A stretch of DNA of 63,851 nt, the filler included, from Octopus bimaculoides (lineage: Eukaryota): the NCBI RefSeq assembly GCF_001194135.2. It is 6 parts of 6 records of this genome, joined end to end, with 100 filler letters (N's around TTAATTAATTAA, not from the genome) between each part and the next. Parts side by side here need not be neighbours in the genome. Positions count along the whole stretch, not along the records: positions 24,022 to 52,516 come from NC_068995.1; positions 52,617 to 62,554 come from NC_068996.1; positions 62,655 to 63,851 come from NW_026426446.1; 3 more parts are not named here. One strand, given 5' to 3'. This document shows, piece after piece, positions 52,095 to 63,851 of the stretch. Position 1 is the first letter of the stretch, and every line of letters starts with the position of its first letter. The translations under genes and the position numbers were made by a program. The notes under the pieces are model-generated. The model was not told the origin of the DNA. It worked only from the letters and a program-made list of their open reading frames with translations, and made no database searches.

Positions 52095-52616
52095 GTGATT
52101 TCTTTCTCGCTGATCTTTAGCTTTATATTGACCTCAACTGGGAAAATGTACATAGTTTATCTTCCCTTCAGAAATCACTGTGTCTGGTCTGTTATATTTG
52201 CAATGTATTGATATGTCCACAGGGAAATTCCACCAGTAAACTTTCCTATTATGAATTATCATAGATTCTGTGATACTCTGTTTATGTAAATGTGTATGTA
52301 TAGCATTCTATAGAAATTCGTACACTTTCTTATATATAATGTCATTGAATGCTTCTTAGCGATAATCTGCACCGCAGTTGGTGACATTTAAGATGGAGAT
52401 ACGAAAATATGACTTAATATGTTGTGTTAAACAATGATCTGAAGTTGACACAATTTATATTTTTATACACACACACACACAAACATATATGTCTATATAT
52501 ATATATATATATATATNNNNNNNNNNNNNNNNNNNNNNNNNNNNNNNNNNNNNNNNNNNNTTAATTAATTAANNNNNNNNNNNNNNNNNNNNNNNNNNNN
52601 NNNNNNNNNNNNNNNN

Positions 52617-52655
<39 letters not shown>

Positions 52656-52679
52656 GTATGTATATATGCATGTATGTAT

Positions 52680-52880
52680 ATGTGTGCCTGTGTTTGTCCC
52701 CCGATCATCGCTTGATGGCCGATGCTGGTGTCTTTTCGTTCTCGTAAGCTAGCGGTTCGACAAAGGGGACCGATACAATGGGTACTGGCTGACACGGAAG
52801 AAGTCCTGGGGTCGATTTGTTCGACTAAAGGAGGTGCTCCAGCATGGCCGCAGTCAAATGACTGAAACAAGTAAAAGAAT
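52680..52880 (+). mobile_element. SINE family A, 3' half
   Basis: AAGTCCTGGGGTCGATTTGTTCGACTAAAGGAGGTGCTCCAGCATGGCCGCAGTCAAATGACTGAAACAAGTAAAAGA. Confidence 0.92.
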
Positions 52881-53155
52881 ACAGGATTATATATATACAC
52901 ATACATATATACATACATACCTACATGCGTGTGTATGGATGCGTATGTGAATTACCAGACATATGTCAATTTTTACAGATTCAAATTAATTGTTCAGAGG
53001 TAAACATTCAAGTTGTCTCTCAAGATACACCTGAACATTCCTCCTCTTTTTTTTCTCATTATATTTATAGCACTAGTACCTGTAGCAACACTAGTCGTAA
53101 CAGCATCAGCTGTAGCTCTAGTGATCGTAATAGCAGCAGCAGCAGCAGCAGTAGC

Positions 53156-53219
<64 letters not shown>

Positions 53220-53929
53220 TTTCAACAACAGACGCGACGACCTACCAGAATAGCACGCTGGGCGAAACTGTTCTGGAAATTCCAAAAGCTGAAAACGTTA
53301 TGAGTGGTTATATGTTGTGCTTATATCAAAATTCCGTCCGGAGATGACTTGCTCGTCCTTCTCCTGTTCTATGTCTCACAAATGATGGCAGACTGGAAAT
53401 GGTTTACTGTCATTTTGGTTATATGTATGTATCGAGAGGTATATCGTAATAAAGTTATGGGAAGGTGTCTTACTTCACAGAATCGCAAGAGCTGAAGAAA
53501 AAGAGTAGACGTTAGTAAACACAAAAGCAACATTGGATTCCGAAACAAAGAATTTGACAAATTCTACCGCTGTTTCTAGAGCAATCCTAGAAGTTTAGAG
53601 GCATTTGTTCTCGCTATTTAGATAAGGAATATTAGGGGCCAAAATAAGTGATATCGCCTTTTAATCTGCACTACCAACACAAGAAGTTGATGACGGTCGA
53701 GGAACCAAGGTTTATTCTCGAATGGTGCAGAGCTATCAAGGAACTACGGTTAGCAGCGCCACTCTCGTCATCATTTAGCGATGAGATGACGGGAGCGTAA
53801 AAAAACTGGAAATAACCTAATAAATTAAAATGCGGTCAAAATTTATATTTAGGGCAAAACGAAGTTAGACAGGAAATGAAGATCTAAAATAGTGACATGT
53901 TTAAAATATTGATCTTCAAGAAGAACGAA

Positions 53930-54342
53930 ACTTCCACTAGTTTCCAGCTCATCATTATCCACATTGGTTTCAGGTCTACCACGGGGAAGATTTTCAAGAG
54001 TAAAGTCAGCAGACCGGAACTTCGCCAATTATCAACGTACAGTGCGCTCATTCACCGTATCTTCTTCACCAAACACCTTTTTGATGTTTTGAGCTGTCTG
54101 GAATGCATTGGTTCCACGACGGAACTCATATTCATAAACAGCACCAAGTTTTGATCTATCCATGGGTTCACAAAAACTGATTTACAAGATAAATATCACA
54201 ATTGAATCAGACACCATGAACTGAATTTCGAAAAGTGATGTTGTAACTCTTCAATGTTGTAAATCAAAGAATTGTCAGAATAAAACATTTGAGTTAACCT
54301 TGGTGCATAAGAAAATCGGACATATCATTCTTGATGACAATA
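53930..54342 (-). mobile_element. mariner 5' fragment
   Basis: ATG at 54163 (minus): SKLGAVYEYEFRRGTNAFQTAQNIKKVFGE...FRSADFTLENLPRGRPE; TIR-like end at 54342. Confidence 0.85.
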
Positions 54343-54385
54343 TATGTGTGTGTATGTGTGTGTGTGTGTGTTTGTTTTCCTTTTA

Positions 54386-54543
54386 GGCGCAAGTGTGTCT
54401 GGCTGTGAGGTTAGAAGTTTGCAGCCCAACCACATGGTTCCGGGCTCGGTCCCACTGCATACCACCTTAGGTAAGTGTCTTCTATATCCTCAGGCCAATC
54501 AAAGTTTTGTGAGTGGATTTGGTAGACAGAAACTAAAACAAAC
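54386..54543 (+). mobile_element. SINE family A, 5' half
   Basis: tRNA-like head and CORE-like segment. Confidence 0.85.
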
Positions 54544-54565
54544 ATATATATTCTTCTTATATATA

Positions 54566-54682
54566 CATATATATGACTCTTTTACTTGTTTCAATCATTT
54601 TGACTGCGGCCATGCTGGAGCACCGCCTTTAGTCGAGCAAATCGACCCCAGGACTTATTCTTTGGAAGCCTAGTACTTATTT
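54566..54682 (-). mobile_element. SINE family A tail, truncated at the LINE junction
   Basis: Reverse complement of the family A tail; similarity stops at TAGTACTTATT where LINE ORF2 homology begins. Confidence 0.9.
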
Positions 54683-54689
54683 TATTGTT

Positions 54690-57258
54690 AAACCAGCACC
54701 TCGAAACTAAACACGCATTGTCAGGGCTAGATTACGTGCAATGGGTTGTGAGGAAATCAAGGCTGCGGGATGGGCCGAGTGGTGGAAGCCTAATGTGGTA
54801 ATGATGCCACAATCCGATCTTTGACGAACCAACGAGGTAAGTTGATAGACGAACTCGAGGAGATGTGTGAGGTTTTTCAGGAGCACTTCACCCAGCTTTT
54901 CGGGAGGAGCGGACCGAATAATAGGGGGGACCTAACGGACTTCCTCGCCGGGCTGCCGCGACTCTCGTGGCGGGACGCGCAGTGTTGCGAAGGGCCGATC
55001 ACACCTGAGGAGGTAATAGAGGCTATGGCAGACCGCAGTGCGGGTAAGGCGCCGGGACTGGATGGTCTACGCTATGAGTTGTATAAGAGTATGCCAGACT
55101 TCACCTGCTGGCGAATGTCTACGCCAACTGCCAGCAGAATGGGTTAATTCCCAGATCTGTGCGCCGTGGAGTGGTGACGCTTGTCAGAAAGGACCCAGAC
55201 AAGGGAGATTTCATTGACAATTTTCGGCCCATCACTCTGTTAAATGCAGAAGTGAAGATTTTGGCCAAAGTGTTATCGAAAAGATTGGCGCATGTCGCGA
55301 ATGGTTTGATCGGGGAGGCTCAGACATGTGCCGTTCCCGGCAGAACCATTCAGGATAATCTCCATCTTCTACGATACACTTTAGAGGGGTTTAATAGTGT
55401 TTCTAGCAAGGATAGGGCAGTGGTCCATTTAGACCAGTCAAAGGCTTTTAATAGGGTTGACAATCGGTACCTGGTGTTCGTTCTGGCGCAGTTCGGCCTG
55501 GGTCTTGGCTTCCTCAGTTGGATCATTTAGATTTATGACAACATCGACTCGGTAGTTAGGGTGAACGGCTTTTTATCTAAGTCGTTCAGCATCAAACGCT
55601 AGGTTCGTCAAGGGTGTCCGCTCTCCTCGCTTTTGTATGTAATGGCTCTTGAGCGGCATCCCGAGACAGCCAGGTTGTTGAAAGTTGGTTTCAGCTTATG
55701 CAGATGACATCACGCTCATCGTAACAGAAATGGATCACTAACAGAGGGTAGGCATGGCCATTAAGGTTTACGAGACGGTGGAAGGAGCAAAGTTTAATTG
55801 TGAAAAGTTAGTCGGATTGCAGCTCTGCATCTGGTGAGGCAAGTCGATGCCCCCTGACAGCGACGTGGGACGTTGGACGGAGGGTCCGATTAAGTTGCTT
55901 GGAGTTTGGTTCGGACCATGCTTCCAAACAGAGAAGAATTAAGCATAGTGACCCACATAGTCAAGACCTGATCTTGGTGGTGGCTATCCCTGAAAGGGAG
56001 GGCGGAGGTGGCCAATGTGTTCATCGCATCGGTCATCACCTACCGCCTAACCGTCATTCCTTGCACTGATTCGTGGTTGATCAAGCTGGAAAGACAGCTC
56101 TTCCACTTCTCGTGGAAACCGCTTGTGAGACGCTCTATTTTCTGCCAACAACCGTTAAAGGGTGGGCTAGGGGTGCCTTGGCTGTTGATGCGCAGACATA
56201 CGCTGAGGTTGAAGCATCTGTGGCTCCACCTGGATGGTGTACGGGTGTGGTCTTCACTGGCGAAACGGATGTTTCCCAAGTTCACTAGTTTCGGTGGACG
56301 GGAAACCTGGTTCTATCGTAGATCGAAGTTGGGTACATGGTGTACGGAGTGTCGTATGGCATTCCTGCTATTCCGTCGCTCGGACAATGCCTGCGGTAGT
56401 GGTTCCACCGCATTCTTTTATAGCGGGTTAATATAGGCGGAATGTGACGATACCTTAAGGGAGACCCTACGTCTCGACGATAATCAGCTGGCCAGCCTGT
56501 ACCAACGTAAATTCCGGCCAAAGACCCTGGACAACTTTTAGAAGTCTCTGGCATTGCAGTGTTACCGTGGAGCCTTACCTATTCGGGAAAGTTCACAAGG
56601 CATGGTGGCCAACGAAGGCCCATCGACCTGTCCAAGATGCGAGCGGGATAGGGAAACCGTTCCGCACGCTATTGTTCAGTGCTCGGAGGTGTCGGAGGTG
56701 TTGGCTTATGCTGAACAACTGTCGTCAAATGCTGGAAGAGAACAGCTATCGACTGAGTCAATAGTAAAAAAATGACCCGCTGGATTTCTTCTCGGAAGAA
56801 GGTAAGAATTGTTTTCTCATTGTAATAGCAATTGCGAGAGAGTTGATTTGGAAGACGAGACTGAAAGGGTTAAAGTCAGACACCTTCATCTCTGGCTCTG
56901 AATTGGTGAATTACTTCGCCTTTCACCTGAAAAGGAAAATAGGGCTAGAGAGAAAATGCCTGTCAGCGAAAATGTTCGATAATCGATGGAAGAGTGTTGC
57001 ACAAATGTTGCGTATGAATGTTACCTCATGAGTGCGACGCAGGACGAGTCTCAGGCATCCGTAGTGAGGCGGGGCTCGTGGGGTCCGAGTTGAACCCACC
57101 TCCCCACACCATCCGTAATTTCTTCCGGTCTGTCTATCATCCGTTTATATATTTGTAAAAATTTTTAAATTCATTTTGTTGTAATTATCATTCGTTCATC
57201 TGACCCCAAATCAGATTGTGCTGTCCCATTCTGTGTTGTCGCTTGTGGGAAATAAAAA
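54690..57258 (+). mobile_element. 5'-truncated, pseudogenised L1/Tx1-like LINE (ORF2 RT + C-terminal zinc finger + 3'UTR)
   Basis: KAPGLDG, NFRPITLLNAEVKILAKVL, QTCAVPGRTIQDN, LDQSKAFNRV, VRQGCPLS, YADD (55697-55708), GGLG, CPRC...ETVPHAIVQC. ORF ends at TGA 57031; many stops and frameshifts; 3' end CTTGTGGGAAATAAAAA. Confidence 0.95.
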
Positions 57259-57280
57259 GTCACTTATTTTTAGTGCAAGT

Positions 57281-59034
57281 CTCTTGCTGTTAGTTTTGTG
57301 CTGAGGATTGTATTGTGCGGAGGATGATTGTTTTTGTGCTGCTTTGCAGTAGTTTATTGTGTATAACGCCATCATTGTTTGGTTGGCGTTACTGACTATC
57401 GAACATGAAGAGATACGTAGCAGCAACGGGAAGTCAGGCGTCTGTCGTCCCGAGTATACTAGAACAAAATGAAACGTACTGCGATTTAAAATTGCTCCAG
57501 AAATATCAAGATATGATAAAGAGGGAAGGGTCAAACGTAAAGTTGACCCCACCAGAGGAAGACAAGGTGAAGATGGAAAGCAAGGCGATAGTGTATGGAA
57601 CATTTTCAAAGAAAAATAAGAGACTTGAGAATGCAACAAAGGAGGTGTCGGAAGAATGCCTAAAAGAATTAAAAGAGAACATAACTTTTTCTACAAGAGG
57701 GAAAAGATACGCTTCTGTGGCGTATCTCAGAAGAGATGGCAAAAAGATACGCCACTAAGATAGTAACTGGAGAAAAATGGACACTGCTGGGTAAACGAGC
57801 TACTAGTATTAGGGTGGGCAAGATCCCGCCGAGAATCGAGCCAGAATGGATATTAGCAGAAACTTTCACCGCAAAAGAGGAAGGAGATAACGAGGGAGTG
57901 AATATAATTATGATAAACCGGATCCGACAAGTAAATTGTTTGGGGTACGGGTTAGAGATAATCTTTACCGCGAATCAGTAATGTTGGAGGGGAGGCCTCC
58001 AAAGTATCATGAGTATGGTGAATAGGGGCACATTAGAAGAAGGTGCCCTAGAATAGCGATGGAAAATACAGAGGTAGAAACGCAAGAAAGCGTGGTGGAG
58101 GTGGAGCGGCAGACCCAGGAAATGGAACAGAACACGGTATTTGTGGAAGGTAAGTCGAGGAAGAAAGAAAGGAGGGGTTCACCGGCTAAAACGGAACAGA
58201 AAAAAATATAAAGCACAGGAGCAAGTGAGCCAACCAACAACGACAAGTAGAAGCAGTACGCCTGTGGGATCACCGGAGAAAAATGATGTAAGTAGAACAA
58301 CATCACCAAGCAAATACACAGACTTACAGTCACACAAACATATAGACTCACAGACACATAAACACAGACACTTAGAAACATAGACAGACAGACAGAAGAC
58401 AATACAGAAACCTAAAATCACGGACACACAGACTCAACACGCAGACTTACAGTCACACAAACATGTAGACTCCCAGACAAATAAACACACAGACATACAG
58501 ACACAAAGAAATATAAACAGATAGACACATGATAACATAGAATCACAGAAACGAAAAAGCACAGACACAAGATGCACACAGGAATAAAATATTTTTAATA
58601 ACATATCGTACGACTCAAAACTGGAAAGGAGAATAACAAAAATGAAGGGGATTGTCAGGGTGAACTTCTCGGAGGGTTATGATAAGGAGGTGAGATGCAT
58701 CCTGATGGAAAAAGAAAAATATAGATTGCTGAAAGAAGCTTTCCCATCATATATAAATCCACTGGGGCTCGAGGTGAATATCGAAACCAGTGATCCAGTG
58801 GTGAACTATGAGGATATTAAAAGTAACATAAAGTGGTAAGTGGAGAATAATTTTAAAGAACTGTTAAGGACTCTTTGTTTGAAATAACTGAAATCACGGA
58901 ACCATCCCGGAGCGGGGCCAAGGTGGCCGTTTCACTTTCATTGTAAAATTTCGCTTTTTTCATTTTTCATGTGTTAATTGTCGCCGCGTGTATGTTTGTC
59001 CCGTCTATGTTAGCCCCTTGTGGGCAATTAAAAA
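57281..59034 (+). mobile_element. ORF1-only (HAL1-like) L1/Tx1 derivative
   Basis: ATG at 57405. ORF1 relic homologous to the 20021-20488 ORF1, with a decayed knuckle EGRPPK-Y-HE-Y-GE*G-H-IRRR-C (58005-58046). No EN or RT motifs before the LINE-type 3' end at 58993-59034. Flanked by 27-bp direct repeats. Confidence 0.7.
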
Positions 59035-59089
59035 TCAACTTATTCTAAGTGCAAGTTTTGAGGAGTGCGGTTCGATTGTAACAGTTATT

Positions 59090-59760
59090 AACGGAAAGTG
59101 CGAAGAATATTAATACAGTATATGGAGATCGGACAATAAGCGTAAATTAGTATCAATGTGTTTCCGGAGATTCCGAACTGAAAACTACAGCCTAAAAGAC
59201 GAACTTCGTTCTGAAAGACCTGCAAAGCTCGACGAGGACGTCCTGCAAACCCCGGTGGATAAAAAATCCCATCGTAACTGTTGAGGATCTAGCAGAAAAG
59301 CTTGGATTTGGTCATTCAACCATTCAGCGACACCTGCGTGCCATCGGAAAAGTCACCAAATTTTGTCATTGGGTTCTTCAAACTTTCCGAGTTTAATCAC
59401 GTGCAGAGAGTGAATGTGTGCTCTTCTTTGCTGTCAAGTCTCACTAATGAACCTTTTTTTGGACCGAAGAGTGACTGGTGACAAGAAATCGGTTCTCAAT
59501 AAAAATGAAGAAAATAGGTAGGGAAAAGAGAAACACCGGCATCTGAGGTTAAAGAAGGTCTTCACCCACAAAAAGATTGGAGTATTTTTCGTCATGGCAA
59601 GTGAATTTTGGAAGAGGGGCCTTGCTGGTCTATCAGATAGATGGAAGAGCATTGTAGAAAATGAAAGAGAGTAGATTTCAGATTAAAAACAGAACTTCAT
59701 CTTAATTTTGAAAAATAAAAGTATTTTAACAAACTGCGTTATTCATGGGGTGATCCAATA
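59090..59760 (+). mobile_element. mariner, 5'-truncated and internally deleted
   Basis: AKNINTVYGDRTIS...NPIVTVEDLAEKLGFGHSTIQRHLRAIGKV...VTGDKK...GLHPQK...RWKSIVENE; 3' TIR ends CATGGGGTGATCCAATA. Confidence 0.9.
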
Positions 59761-60049
59761 CATATTGAGTTTTACCTAATTCAAAGTAACTGAAATGGTA
59801 AACGGATGAGCTAAATATATTTCAAAGTATTATTTTCGTCTTTTGTTACGTCCTACTGTCCATGTTCAACAATTGTATATGTGCCGTATAGGAACTTCGC
59901 CAACTCACGCTCAGGCTGATGAAACGATACTTGACACACAATATGCTTCTATGTGTGTGAGTGTATGCCGATGTGTATATGTACAGTCTTGCTCGTCATG
60001 TATCTCTTTGCAGCTGAAGCTTATTTAGTGACCAGAGAAAAATATTAAT

Positions 60050-60255
60050 TTCAAATTTTGGCACAAGACTAGAATTTTTGCGGGAAGGGGTAAGTCGATT
60101 ACATCGACCCCGTCCTCAACTAGTACTTATTTTATCTGGAAGGATGAAAGACAAAGTTGACCTCGGTGGAATTTGAACTCAGAACGTAAAGCCGGATGAG
60201 ATGTCGCTACGTATTTCACCCGGCGTGGTAACGATTTTGCCAGTACGCCGCCTTA
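60050..60255 (-). mobile_element. SINE family B
   Basis: Matches the family consensus. Confidence 0.88.
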
Positions 60256-60264
60256 ATAATAATC

Positions 60265-60475
60265 CGTTCTACTATAGGCACAAGGCCTGGAATTTAAGAG
60301 ACGAGGAATAGTCGATTACAGTGACCCCAGTGTTCAACTGGTACTTATTTTATCGACCTGAATATATGAGAGGCAAAGTTAACCTCGGAGGAATTTGAAC
60401 TCAGAACGTAAAGACGTACGAAAAGCCGCTAAAGTATTTTGTCCGGTGAGCTAACGACTCAACTGGTTCGCCGCC
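60265..60475 (-). mobile_element. SINE family B (tandem with the previous copy)
   Basis: Matches the family consensus. Confidence 0.88.
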
Positions 60476-60752
60476 CTAGACAAGAGATAAATATACTTAG
60501 ACATGTAGACATAGCAGCAACTGCTAAAGATTACAAACTTTGCCTCCTTAACTTTTCATAAACCCGATAAGCTTCAACTTTATAATTCAGTGACCATCAT
60601 TTATTATTTAGACTACGGTCAGAAACACAAGATTTTTCAGTATTTTCGCTGTTAAACTTAATCGCTAGATATTGCTAGAAAAACCCTATTTAAAACTTAT
60701 TATTCAAAATATCACCATTAATAAATTGAACGGTGTTATTTCTGCTCTGTTA

Positions 60753-60965
60753 GGCGGTGAGCTGGCAGAATCGTTAGCATGCCGAGCAAAATGCTTAGCG
60801 ACGTTTCGTCCATCCTTACGTTCTGAATTCAAATTCCACCTAGGTCGACGTTGCGTTGCATCCTTTCGGAGTCGATAAATCAAGTATCATTTAAACATTG
60901 AGGTCAACGCAATCGACTTATCCCTTACTGCAAAATTGTTGGCCTTGTGACTCATTTTGAAACCA
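60753..60965 (+). mobile_element. SINE family B
   Basis: A box TGGCAGAATCGTTAG, B-box-like GAATTCAAATTCC. Confidence 0.85.
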
Positions 60966-61699
60966 ACATATTCAACTGCATTATTTCAATTCTATGGCAA
61001 CATTCCCTTTCCATTAATAATGAAAATAAAGAGAAAAAGTTGCATAATTTTTTGAAATATACTTTTTTATTAAATTTTTGTTGCTCTTATGAGTAGTTTT
61101 AAATATATTATAAATGGTGTAAATGCGTTTGCAAAGCTGGAGAATAAGATAGGAATTAATTATACCAAAAAAAAAAAAAGGAAAAAATATTTAATCGCAA
61201 TTTTGGAAGCAAAATAAAGCAATTTCAGGACTTTCGGGAGAATGAGGAGAAAGATATTCCGTAATATTGCGAAAAATGCCATAATGGGATTAAGGCAAAA
61301 ATATAGTAAACATAACGAAAACAAATATAAGATATGTTAATATTCTAATAAATATTATGAAGAAACATTCCACATTGTATAAATATGAATCGTAAATCTT
61401 GAAATTTTAAAATCAATGAGGGTTAATGATAGAAATTATACATATTAGTTTATGAAATATACTTGATTGAAATATGGTTTAAATATTATCAAATCAATCG
61501 GTATGGAAATAAAGAATGTAAAGATATATCTTGGGCATATGTCCATAAATTTAAGATTAAATTGAACATTGGGTACTGAGTCAACATTCAACTTTATATA
61601 TCTGTCTATATCTGAATATGTGTACGTAAAGTATACAAACATTAAAACGTATTTTACACTCGGATAGTTACACACAAACACACTAATATATACATACAT

Positions 61700-61883
61700 T
61701 TATTCAGAAGTATATGCATATAACATATATGCGTAGATATATATACAAAGCACAAGTAATGCACATTACATGTATTTGTTTGTATATCAGTGTGAATATA
61801 CATTCACGCACACGCACATACATACGAACGCATATGGTAATCTACATATATATGCACATATGTGTAAATATGGATATAAATAT

Positions 61884-61960
<77 letters not shown>

Positions 61961-62015
61961 ACTTAAGTGGCAATATACTATATATATATATATATACTTA
62001 TATATACACACAGGC

Positions 62016-62047
<32 letters not shown>

Positions 62048-62243
62048 GTATATACATATATATATACCGATATATACCTATATATATACATATGTATATA
62101 TATGTATATATACACATATACACATATATATATAAATTTATATGTATACATATATTTATATATAAATATATATACATATATACATATATACACACACACA
62201 CATATATATATATACATACATACATAGACACATATGTATATGT

Positions 62244-62316
<73 letters not shown>

Positions 62317-62501
62317 TATATATACATATATATATACATACATACATATATGCATATATATACATATGTATATATATATATACATACATATATAAATATA
62401 TATATACATATATCCATATATATATATACATATATATACACATATACATATATATACATATATATACATATATATACACATATACATATATAAACATGTA
62501 C

Positions 62502-62554
<53 letters not shown>
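61700..62554. repeat. ~850-bp degenerate (TA)n/(CA)n/(TACA)n low-complexity tract
   Basis: Direct inspection; source of the YIYI pseudo-ORFs. Confidence 0.95.
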
Positions 62555-62654
62555 NNNNNNNNNNNNNNNNNNNNNNNNNNNNNNNNNNNNNNNNNNNNTT
62601 AATTAATTAANNNNNNNNNNNNNNNNNNNNNNNNNNNNNNNNNNNNNNNNNNNN

Positions 62655-62688
<34 letters not shown>

Positions 62689-63851
62689 ACATACATACAT
62701 ACATACATACATGCATAACATACATACATAGTGCTCTCTCTCCTGTTTTATTTTATCTCCTTTATTCTATATCTCTCTCTATCAATTCACATCTTTGACT
62801 GTCTCCTTAGCTGTCCTTCTGTTTATAACTCCCTCACTATGAACATTTTGTCTCTCTATCCTTTAACAAATCATACTAATACACACCACTACTTTCTCAG
62901 CAAATTCTAGTAAATTATATTTGGTTACCTATCTACCCACATGACTGCTTATTTTATTATCTATTTGTTAATTTGACTGTTTATTTGTGTACTAATCTAC
63001 TTCAGTTTCTCTCTTTCCTGTATATCTGTCAGTCCAGTAGGCAATCCAATCACCCTTTCTCCTACCTATATCAATTCACCTGCCCCCTGTGTTAAACGTC
63101 CAATTATTTATTTTGATGTGCAAGCCTATGTTTTATGTCTGATTGTTTCTTTGCATATATCTATGTATTCATGTACCTTTGTACAAATATGTGTGTGTCT
63201 GTAGTCACACACACACACACATACATATGCAAACACAAACATACATGTGCAGACACACACACATGTATACACACCACACATACATAGAAAATATATTTAT
63301 GAATATATAAATATATATACATAAATATACATACATATGTGTGTGTATACATACATATATGTATACATATATATGTGTGTGTATACATAAATGTATGTGT
63401 ATACATATATGTGTGTATATGTATATATATATATATATATATNNNNNNNNNNATATATATATATATATATACCAAATAGTATATATTTTATATATTCATA
63501 TATTGTATATACATATATAAATATACATACAACATATACAAATAAACATACACACATATATGCACACATACATATATTTATATATACACTTACACACAAA
63601 CACACATTTATCATATATTTATTTATATGTCCTTATATCTATATCTTAATGTATCTTTTTATCTATTTCTATATTTTCTTGGCTGTCTCAGACTTGCTGT
63701 GCATCCATACATCTGCGTTTATATCTATTTTTGAAACATTATATCTCCCTTGATCTATCAAGTAGATTTTATCTGTCTATCCACCCATCTTTCTCTTTGT
63801 CTCTCTATCTGTCTGTATATCCAAATATCTGGACATGTGTCTTCTGTCCAG

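Overview
AT-rich, gap-ridden eukaryotic draft-genome sequence, most likely from an octopus (inference: extreme microsatellite density plus two tRNA-headed SINE families I recognise from Octopus sequence; not database-verified). No complete host gene is visible. The best host-gene signal is one phase-0 coding exon ending in a stop (33433-33765, +, unidentified); two other exon candidates are weak. Almost all long ORFs in the supplied track are microsatellite or N-gap artefacts. The window is mostly mobile DNA: about 30 SINE copies or fragments ('A' and 'B' families), L1/Tx1-like LINE pieces, RTE fragments, several Tc1/mariner elements (DD34D-type and DD37D), two non-autonomous Helitrons, a Helitron-like STPR fragment, a Gypsy gag relic and Penelope-like LTR pieces. 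Most interesting: (1) an ORF2-bearing L1/Tx1-like LINE, an adjacent ORF1-only (HAL1-like) element and one SINE-B copy share the same ~45-nt 3' tail, suggesting one retrotransposition machinery serving three passengers; (2) a hammerhead ribozyme with an intact core at 19585-19636 and a core-variant one at 9460-9493; (3) a back-to-back Helitron pair whose terminal hairpin loop is flipped in one copy. All alignments were done by eye, so element boundaries are approximate.
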